Assembly: GCF_036588685.1 (NCBI RefSeq) | Contig: NC_086386.1 | Coordinates: 40,796,001-40,860,000, forward strand | Source: Mytilus trossulus | Lineage: Eukaryota | Direction of reading: 5' to 3' | DNA: 64,000 nucleotides | In this document: piece after piece, positions 54,601 through 64,000 of the stretch | Numbering within the stretch: the stretch's first letter is position 1 | Layout of the letters: every line of letters begins with the position of its first letter | Program-made: the position numbers and the translations under genes | The notes under the pieces: generated by a model | Seen by the model: only the letters and a program-made list of their open reading frames with translations | Databases searched by the model: none | Told to the model about the DNA's origin: nothing

Positions 54601-57600
54601 TTGGATAAGTGTTCGTTCCTCTGAGTAACACAGGACAGTGGTGTAAGAGCATGTGACATAGAACAAATTGTAAAGATTGACTCAAGAGACTGGCATTTAG
54701 AGCACACAAAAATAATTTTAGATTTGGTTCTTTTATGAATGGTATATTGAAGTCAAGGACGTATAACTAATATACGTCCTTGTTGAAGTGTACTAGTTAA
54801 GATGTACTATTCAGTAGTATAATTGGTCATATAGTGTACTTTATTTTGAAAGTACATTTTGGGTTGATACAGTTACTAAAATATTTTTGTTAAGTAGACA
54901 AATTAAGACAATTGACCTTTGACAACTCTGGTCATCATGTTCAAGGGTGAATTGAATGTTAAGCATTAGATATGATTATATATAAATTTCTCATTTTGGT
55001 GTGAAATAACATACAAATAGACACCCAAAGGCATTAAAAAGTAACTTTGCCAGTTCCTGACATCATAAAGACAAATTATTATGTAGTTCTCTCATACCAA
55101 AACCTGGTAATGTTAGATTATGATATTAACCCGAAGGTCCACTAGTTCAATATAAGATGTATTTTCCAGTACACACAATATCAATTACCTTGTCAAGTTT
55201 TGTAAGGTGTAGAGGTGCTAGATTACATAGAATTTTGATTACCTGGAGTATAACTTTTACACCTGAGGAAAGGTGAAACTTTCCGCATGGCTGATCATAA
55301 AAATATTTGTATACAATAAATTGATGCACAGTCCGAGTCAGGATAAAAATATTTCTGTTATGATTAATACAGTTAAAAGTAGCGATGTATCATTTACTGG
55401 AAAAGAAAAAAAGTTAAATGTGTTACATATTTTATTAATAAATTGGGTTACAATTTTAGCACCAGTTACAACTACCAATGACTATATATTTATAGAATTT
55501 TGTAATCCTCCCTTTTTTAATATTTTGTGGTTTTAATATAGCTTTAGGCATGTTATGGAAAATCAATTTGCATTGGACTGATGATTATTTTTAGGGGGCA
55601 CCACGGCTTTTAATATATAGCTAATTAACAGAGACTCTCACCAATTAAATAATTCCAAAATCTTGAAAAGTTATATTACTCAAATAAATATGAATAAAGT
55701 GTATTATCTGTCAATGAAAAAAAGAAGTATACATAAATGCAGTCATTCAGTTTATGAAATATGATTTTTCATAGATTTTCTTGCTTACTCATTTGATAGG
55801 CTTTGTACTCCTTTGTAAATGTACCATCATTTTTGTTGTTGTGCCCCATGCAGCCAGGAAGGGGCATTAAGTGTTTACCATTGTCTGTCAGTACATACAA
55901 AATTAGTTCCAACTTAATCTTAAACTTTAGTTTGCTTCAACCAAATGTTATGAATCTTATACACAATGCTTATAACCATAAAACATATCAAGATCCAATT
56001 TGGATGGATCCACTTTTACAGAAATTATTCTAGTTATGCTCTTTTGCAGCATTATATGCAAGAGTTGCCATTTATAATCTATTTCCCATGGCCACATCCT
56101 CCATTTAATTGATCTTCAAAGACAGTCTCAGGAAAAGTAAGTTTCTATTATGACAAATGTATGAGACAGCAAGATTTATTATTAAAATGTGACAAATCTG
56201 ATTTTGATATTTGATAATTGCTATAATTACAATTAATACTATATATTTTCAGGATGACATGAATTTGTCAGAAGAAAAGAAAGCTCCTCTAAGAAAGAAA
56301 GACATATTCCAGAAACGATCTATGCTCGGAATGCACCAGTCTGTCAAGGTATGTTAAAAAAGTCCTGGAAACACTCAACTTAACTCTTACAAGAACTGCA
56401 GCCTAATGTTTGCTCCTATGAGGATCTGATATTAATCCTGGTCAATATGTCCAACGTGTGATAACGTAGGCAACCTAAATATCTACTCTTCTCACAAGCC
56501 AACAATGAGCAAAACCCATACCAGATATCAAACTGAAAAAAGGCTCTGACATAACAAAATTAAAAAAAATCAAATAAGAAACCCAATGACTGATGTAAAT
56601 TACATACAAAACAAAAAAATAGATAAAACAAATTGATGCATGTATACAGTAACAAATCACTACCTCTAAATTACAGGCTCCTGACTTTGAACAGACACAT
56701 ATATATAATGTTTATTGTCTGGATCATAATTCAAGTACAACTGAAGCAAATCCTTTATAATTTGATCACAATGTAGATAAAACACATGACACATTGTATT
56801 TTAATGACTTAAAATGTTTGTTGTTGACTTCAGATTGTGGGACCAGGAAACCTTGATACTCCGGCTAGTTTTCATGCAGAATTACGGAACCCTGAGGTCA
56901 AGGGAGATAAACGATTAAAATTATTGGAATCTTTACGAGTATCATTAACAAGTAATCCTGTAAGGTAATGTGGTACTGTCATAACTTGCTAACACGTCAT
57001 TTAAAATCAGCTGTTTTCTTTAATGTCCAATTTAAAATAAGACATTTTGTAAGAAGATGTGTTACGATTGCAAATGAGACAACTCTCCACAAGAGACCAA
57101 ATGGCATAGAAATTAACAGATATATATACATCACCTTCGGCTGTCAACATTGAGAAAAGCCCATACCGAACAGTCAGCTATAAAAAGTACCAAAATCATT
57201 TTCATGTGAGAAAACTAAAAGCAGAATTAATGTACCAAAAAATTAACAAAAACAAATATGTAACACAGCAACAAATGACAATAACCTAATTTCAGGCTGT
57301 TAACTAAGGAGTTCATCTTAAAATAGCAGATTATCAGATTTTAATATTTTCATATTTTTAAAATCACATGCTAGAAAATGGTTATGATTTTAAATCTAAA
57401 ATCTAATCTTTAAAACTATTAAAATAATTGGTCAAAAAAACATTCATATGTCATTGCTGTGCTAAGATCATGCAGATTGCATTGATTTGGGAATGAGAAT
57501 GCAATTTATGTTAAACCTGAAAAAGTTTTACCTTTGCAGGAGAAAATACCTGCTGAACATGGTTAAAGGAAAACTCACACCACAAAGAATTCTTTATGAA

Positions 57601-60600
57601 AATTGAAGATTTTTTTGTTGTATGAAAAGTTCATTACAGTTTTCAAGTTTAAAAAATTAATACTAACAAACAAACTTGAAAAAAATGCAAATATATAACA
57701 TGTAAAAATTATTGAAATCAAAATTGGTATCATTAAAATTGTTATTGTTAAACACTTTCATAGAAATATCTAACTTATGCTGATGTACTTTATAATTACA
57801 GTTGGGTACAAGAGTTTGGTGTTGCCGGTTTAAATGGAATTTTAAGGAATTTAACTTACTGCTGTGATTCGTAAGTACTTGGATTAAAATAACCACAAAC
57901 TATATCATGGTATTTAAGAGTAAAAATAAGAATATGTAGTATGTTTGCCAACAACAGAATTTTCCACCAGAGACCAAATGAATTAAAATTTAAAAATAGT
58001 ATAGGTTACTGTACAGCCTTCAATTATGAGCAAAACAATAAACCCATAGAGCACAGTAAGCTATAAAAGGCCCCAAAATTACATATGTTAAATCAATTCG
58101 AAAGAGAAAACAAGCCTGATTTATCTACAAAACAAAGAACACAAAAAACACACTATCTCAGAATTTATAATTGTACATAAGAAAGAATAACAAAAAACTT
58201 AAGAAATTAAGAAATAAACTGAAAAAGCAAGACATTTAGATAATGAAATTTAAAGATATATAGTTTTAAATCTGGTGTGTTTTGTATTTGTAAAAAAAAT
58301 AGATTTGAAGTTTTACCACAGCAAGACAGCAAATCTACAACCCAAATGTCTAAAGGAGTTTTCGTTGATAAAGTGGTTCTCTTTCTTTTTACTTTCTTTA
58401 GAGAATAAACTCTTTTGACATTTAAACTCTTAAGTAGAAATAAAGTGACAACCCCATGACACAAAAAAAACACCCAAAAGACAAACAACAGAACACAAAA
58501 CACAACATAGAAATCTAAGGACTGAGCAACTAAAATCTTGGGTTATCTCAAGTGCTCTTAAAGTGCAATCAGATCCTGCTCCACACATAAATATTAAAAA
58601 TCAAAATCATGCAGGTGCAGGAAAAATGATTTCTGTTGATTCTTTAATCATTATACTGTAAATTCAGAAATTATTTGCGTGGAATTTATATTGCGATTAT
58701 GTCATTTTAGGCTTAAATGCGATTTTAATTTTTACGATTTTGAGAAAAATCCTGTTTAATTCATATAAAATATTTCAAAATGCGAGTTTAAATTATTGCG
58801 TTTACAACTCAGTCGCATTTTTCGCAATAATAAAAACCTCACATTAATTTCTGAATTTACAGTAATTGAAGGCGATTAAAATTAGTTGCATTCTAACATG
58901 TGTGAGCATTAGCCTTTCAAAGCAAATTGGATTTAATAATGACAAAAGATATTTGTTTTTTTTATTTGCAGAAAAACAGAAAGAAGAAGTACGTATGAGG
59001 CTGTACGATGTCTCAAAGCATTTATGAACAATAAGGTAATATGAACATAATTACCAACATTATATGTTATTCAGGTCTCAGACAGGGTATATACTGTGAC
59101 ATTCCCGGCTTAGAGTTTATATCCCCTGAGCCGAAGGCGAAGGGGATATAAGCCATAAGCCGGGAATGTCACAGTATATACCCTGTCTGAGACCTGAATT
59201 ACACATATATTACGGATTACCCCTGACGTAATGTTACTTTCTAGTGCAGGTATTTGTTGAACATTCACATTGCAGCATGTATATTCATTACATGTTTACT
59301 GTTTCTTTAATAATTTGAGTAATCCATTTGAATGCACCTTTTTTAGCTCACCTGGCCCGAAGGGCCAAGTGAGCTTTTCCCATCACTTTGCGTCCGGCGT
59401 CCGTCGTCCGTCGTCTGTCGTCCGTCGTCCGTCGTCCGTCGTCCGTCGTCCGTCGTCGTTGTTAACTTTTACAAAAATCTTCTCCTCTGAAACTACTGGG
59501 CCAAATTGAACCAAACTTGGCCACAATCATCATTGGGGTATCTAGTTTAAAAAATGTGTGGCGTGACCCGGTCAACCAACCAAGATGGCCGCCACGGCTA
59601 AAAATAGAACATAGGGGTAAAATGCAGTTTTTGGCTTATAACTCAAAAACCAAAGCATTTAGAGGAAATCTGACATGGGGTAAAAATGTTTATCAGGTCA
59701 AGATCTATCTGCCCTGAAATTTTCAGATGAATCGGTCAACCCGTTGTTGGGTTGCTGCCCCTGAATTGGTAATTTTGTGGAAATTTTGCAGTTTTTGGTT
59801 ATTATCTTGAATATTATTATAGATAGAGATAAACTGTAAACAGCAATAATGTTAAGCAAAGTAGGATTTACAAATAAGTCAACATGACCGAAATGGTCAG
59901 TTGACCCGTTTAGGAGTTATTGCCCTTTATAGTCAATTTTTAACCATTTTTCGTAAATCTTAGTTATCTTTTACAACAATCTTCTCCTCTGAAACTACTG
60001 GGCCAAATTAATCCAGACTTGGCAATAATCATCTTTGGGGTATCTAGTTTTAAAAATGTGTCCGGTGACCCGACTATCAAATCAAGATGGCCGCCACAGC
60101 TAAAAATAGAACATAGGGGTAAAATGCAGTTTTTGGCTTATGACTCAAAAACCAAAGCATTTAGAGCAAATCCAACATGGGGTAAAATTATTAATCAGAT
60201 CAAGATCTATCTGCTCTATAATTTTCAGATGAATCTGACAACCCATTGTTGGGTTGCTGCCCCTGAATCGGTAATTTTAAGGAAATTTTGCAGTTTTTGG
60301 TTATTATCTTGAATATTATTATAGATAGAGATAAACTGTAAACAGCAATAATGTTAAGCAAAGTAGGATCTACAAATAAGTCAACATGACCGAAATGGTC
60401 AGTTGACCCGTTTAGGAGTTATTGCCCTTTATAGTCAATTTTTAACCATTTTTCGTAAATCTTAGTTATCTTTTACAACAATCTTCTCCTCTGAAACTAC
60501 TGGGCCAAATTAATCCAGACTTGGCAATAATCATCTTTGGGGTATCTAGTTTTAAAAATGTGTCCGGTGACCCGACTATCAAATCAAGATGGCCGCCACA

Positions 60601-63372
60601 GCTAAAAATAGAACATAGGGGTAAAATGCAGTTTTTGGCCTATAACTCAAAAACCAAAGCATTTAGAGCAAATCCAACGCAGTGTAAAATTATTAATCAG
60701 ATCAAGATCTATCTGCTCTATAATTTTCAGATGAATCTGACAACCCATTGTTGGGTTGCTGCCCCTAAATCGGTAATTTTAAGGAAATTTTGTTGTTTTT
60801 TGGTTATTATCTTAAATTTTATTATAGATAGAGATAAACTGTAAACAGCAATTATGTTCAGCAAAGTAAGATTTACAAATAAGTCAACATGACCGAAATG
60901 GTCAATTGACCCCCTAAGGAGTTATTGTCCTTTATAGTCAATTTTTAACAATTTTCATAAAATTTGTAAATTTTTATTAACATTTTCCACTGAAACTACT
61001 GGGCCAAGTTCATTATAGATAGAGATAAATGTAAGCAGCAAGACTAGTAAAGTAAGATTTACAAACACATCACCATCACCAAAACACAATTTTGTCATGA
61101 ATCCATCTGCTTCCTTTGTTTAATATTCACATAGACCAAGGTGAGCGACACAGGCTCTTTGGAGCCTCTAGTTTAATCTTGACAAATTTTTATCCGTTAA
61201 AAAATAGTTTCAATAAAGTTTTTAAATCATATTTTGTGTTTGTATGTGCGTCTGGCTTTGTTTTTTTTTTATTTACAACACACATATTGAAAACTCAACC
61301 TGATATGTTCGGCATACGTAAAGGATATTATAATTTGCTGTTAATATAATTTTATCGTGTATGCAATAATTTATTATAACACTTTTAACATTAGATTTAA
61401 ATATTTAAAGTGTAAATTGCGTGATTTTGTATTAAAAACGTATTATTGGCTGAAGCACGTCATTATTTTCCCTCTGTGAGCCCTTGACATTCCTTAGTGT
61501 TCTGTATAGCTTTTGACTACGTCACATAGTAACCGGTTTATGATGACGTGTTTGAGGTTCCAATTGGGGATAAAAACATCGTATATACCCCGGCAGTTTC
61601 CTGAATATATACTGACATCTCTGTGTTGTTATCCAATCACAAACCTCGACACATTTGTAATCCGTAATATAAACTTTTGTCTGTTCCATGTTTAATGTTT
61701 CATTTCATATAACCTGTAAACACTTCATCTGAAATTTTGGACAGGAACTGGTTACAGTAATCCCTTCAGAACAATTTGTATAAAGCAAACCACTATAAGT
61801 CAATGTATGACTTTCAACACAGAGCCGTGGGAAAAAAAGAATGGTTATTTGACCTTTAAGTTCAAATTTTCTTTATTTTAAAACAGAAAATATATACTTA
61901 TTATCTTTCTATTTTCAGTTTGGTTTGATGCAAATGATAGGCCACGAAGAAGCCTTAACAATATTATCTAGAACAGTAGATCCTTCAGACCCTAATACAA
62001 TGTTAGAGGCCGTCAGACTTCTAGCTGCTATATGTATAGTACCTCCAGATGGGTAGGTATAAGTAGATCCTTCAGACCCTAATACAATGTTACAGGCTGT
62101 CAGACTTCTAGCTGCTATATGTATAGTACCTCCAGATGGGTAGGTATAAGTAGACCCTTCAGACCCTAATACAATGTTAGAAGCTGTTAGACTTCTGGCT
62201 GCTATATGTATAGTACCTCCAGATGGGTAGGTATAAGTAGATCCTTCAGACCCTAATACAATGTTAGAGGCTGTCAGACTTCTAGCTGCTATATGTATAG
62301 TACCTCCAGATGGGTAGGTATAAGTAGACCCTTCAGAACCTAATACAATGTTAGAGGCTGTCAGACTTCTAGCTGCTATATGTATAGTACCTCCAGATGG
62401 GTAGGTATAAGTAGACCCTTCAGAACCTAATACAATGTTAGAGGCTGTCAGACTTCTAGCTGCTATATGTATAGTACCTCCAGATGGGTAGGTATTACAA
62501 ACTATAAGGGCAGTGATGATTAATATGTAGAAGTTTAGCAGCATCAAGACTACATTGACACCACACATGTTCCTGTAAATTCTTGATGTCGCAATAGAAA
62601 ATGTCTGACATAATAGGTCATGTTCAAGCGTCACAAATTCTCAAATAGCAATAAGGTCAATTTAGTAAATTCTCTGATTTCAAGACTAATACCAGAATGT
62701 TGATAAGCATTAACATTTATTTTTAGGAATTAAAAATATCTGGCATAATATTTTATTGACTGTTTGCTGAACTTCCCCCAGACTTTCAACTTATTGCCCT
62801 TAGCATTAGCAACATAAGTAAAAGATACCTTCTAAGTTGGTGAATTTTGAAATCATTGCAGAAAGCTTTGGTCATGTTGGTATATATATCCATAATCAGA
62901 ATTTTTCAAAATAAAATGTTTCCAAATGATTTACACTTAATTAAAGAATGGTGTTAATGTACCCATTATACATGACATACATTGTTGTAATAGTGCTTGA
63001 GAACTATTTTATGTTCATAGACATCAAGTTATAAGGACAAGTTCAATATCTTCAAACCACTTTCACATACTTCTGTTTTATTGTTTCTCTTATTCATTGG
63101 CATATAGTAAAGTCACTTTGATATTAACAGTTCTACTTCTTACTACTTGCAGTCATGAAAAAGTTTTAGAGGGTATAACAGTATGTGGAGAGATACGAGG
63201 GAGAGATAGATTTGTGCCAATAATCATGGGTTTAGGTATGCGGGATAACCAACCCATGCAAGTGGCCAACATTCAACTAGTCAATGCTATTGTCAGTACG
63301 CCTGACGACCTAGATTTCAGACTGCATTTACGGAATGAAATAATGAGGACAGGGATGATAGATCTGATTGGG
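42691..63372 (+). CDS. DIAPH: Diaphanous-related formin, N-terminal GBD/DID region (first 8 coding exons; gene continues past window)
   Basis: Exons 42691-42744, 43993-44151, 56253-56348, 56834-56964, 57802-57870, 58972-59035, 61919-62052, 63153-63372 join in frame: LSDKEVLEKFERML-DDMNLSEEKKAPLR, LLESLRVSLTSNPVSWVQEFG, RCLKAFMNNKFGL, EAVRLLAAICIV, QLVNAIVSTPDDLDFRLHLRNE. Confidence 0.93.
43381..43704. mobile_element. PIF/Harbinger-type MITE
   Basis: TTA target duplication; GGCCAAA..AATAATACA..CATGTGTTT / AAACACATG..TGTATTATT..TTTGGCC. Confidence 0.7.
44809..44984. mobile_element. Short MITE with CAG...CTG termini (hAT-like)
   Basis: CAGGGGTGGATCCAG / CTGAATCCGCCACTG imperfect TIR; no clean target duplication. 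Confidence 0.6.
45688..45934. mobile_element. PIF/Harbinger-type MITE
   Basis: TTA target duplication; long TIR GGCCTAAA..ATTGTTTGTTTCCCCAATCCCGACC / GGTCGGGATTGGGGAAACAAACAAT..TTTAGGCC. Confidence 0.82.
52850..53153 (+). mobile_element. Short degenerate Helentron-like element (related fragment at about 55830-56105)
   Basis: TTTT..GCCC..GGGGCATTAAGT start, (CCAT/CCGT)-like tract, end GGCATCCATGT..ATGGACACATTCTTGTT. Confidence 0.5.
53684..54246. mobile_element. TTAA-type MITE (Kolobok-like)
   Basis: TTAA on both sides; TIR GGGGGCTCGCGGGT / ACCCGCGAGCCTCC. Confidence 0.88.
58656..58862. mobile_element. TA-flanked MITE
   Basis: TA-CTGTAAATTCAGAAATTA ... TAATTTCTGAATTTACAG-TA. Confidence 0.85.
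59062..61671 (+). mobile_element. Non-autonomous hairpin element interrupted by a Helentron-like insertion
   Basis: Near-perfect palindrome 59069-59199 centred on GAGCCGAAGGCGA; 15-bp perfect inverted repeat TATATTACGGATTAC 59206-59220 / 61657-61671. Confidence 0.7.
59339..61174 (+). mobile_element. Second copy of the same Helentron-like family with 3 x ~502-bp repeats
   Basis: Same termini and internal unit as 17611-19905; longer (CGTCCGT)n tract; units at about 59475, 59977, 60479. Confidence 0.88.
61975..62495 (+). repeat. Tandem array, 6 x 87 bp, duplicating the 3' 78 nt of DIAPH exon 7 plus 9 nt of intron including the donor
   Basis: Unit starts at 61975, 62062, 62149, 62236, 62323, 62410; each ends CCAGATGG|GTAGGTAT. 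Confidence 0.97.
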
Positions 63373-63540
63373 GTTTGTATTATTAAATATTATTTCATTG
63401 TTTACAATAAAAAAACTGATTTCCAAGAGAAATAGTTTTCCCCCAATTATTTAACATGTGAAATAGAATTGATAATTTTACCACTTACATCAAACAGCTA
63501 TGAGTGTTGTCAAGACACTGTCAATGATGCTACATCAAAA

Positions 63541-63697
63541 GAACTGAAAAGCATAGAAGAATATACTGGGAGTTCATTACAATTTTTTGTTGATCTCCTC
63601 GGAACAGGTTAACCATGAGAACTGAAAAGGCGTAGAAAAATATACTGGGAGTTCATTATAATTTTTTGTTGCTCTCCTCGGAACAGGTTAACCATGA
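63541..63697. repeat. Tandem duplication, 2 x ~78 bp, in DIAPH intron 8
   Basis: GAACTGAAAAG..TATACTGGGAGTTCATTA..CTCCTCGGAACAGGTTAACCATGA at 63541 and 63619. Confidence 0.9.
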
Positions 63698-64000
63698 ATT
63701 AAATATTCAACGAATTGCAAAGATTGGCAAAATCACATAATCAAATATCCATGAAAAATGACATCCACAAAAATAAATTAAACCTCAGAAGTTCCTTCGA
63801 TTTAGTAAAAAAAAATAATCATGAAAAGGTCAATATCAAATGCATTAAAAAAATAACTAATCAAAGACTTCAAATATACTGCTACTTGAGAGCTCCTGAT
63901 GAAGGTGAATCCAGAAAAGCGCCATTGACACATTGAATTTATGCAAGTGTAATTTTCAATTTGGTCAGAGTATATTTTTTCGACTATGATTTATATTTTG

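Noticed and set aside
54754-54782. Small palindrome CAAGGACGTATA..TATACGTCCTTG
   Set aside because: Single 12-bp stem with no supporting context.
44152-56252. Nested gene in the 12-kb DIAPH intron 2
   Set aside because: Only short AT-biased ORFs and repeats; no chain of phase-compatible exons found.
61975-62495. CRISPR-like appearance of the regular array
   Set aside because: No unique spacers; whole units repeat and derive from a eukaryotic exon.

Overview
AT-rich, intron-rich animal DNA; gene content and repeat families point to a bivalve, most likely a Mytilus mussel (inference). Left to right: the last three coding exons of a PARP10/14/15-type mono-ADP-ribosyltransferase (+), a cluster of three two-exon secreted C1q-domain genes (the middle one frameshifted as assembled), a complete 13-exon TDRD3 (-, about 820 aa), and, head-to-head with it (start codons 786 bp apart), the first eight coding exons of a Diaphanous formin (+, runs off the window). 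Introns and intergenic DNA hold Helentron-like elements carrying satellite arrays, TTAA/TWA/TA-flanked MITEs, SINE-like repeats and decayed Penelope fragments. Strongest oddities: (1) a 6 x 87-bp array copying the 3' end of Diaphanous exon 7 plus its splice donor, with variants concentrated at third codon positions and a stop-free antisense ORF; (2) several sequence-unrelated long hairpin elements sharing tandem G-A mismatch motifs; (3) the divergent TDRD3-DIAPH pair, also neighbours in human. All gene models were built by hand from splice signals and remembered protein families; no searches were run.
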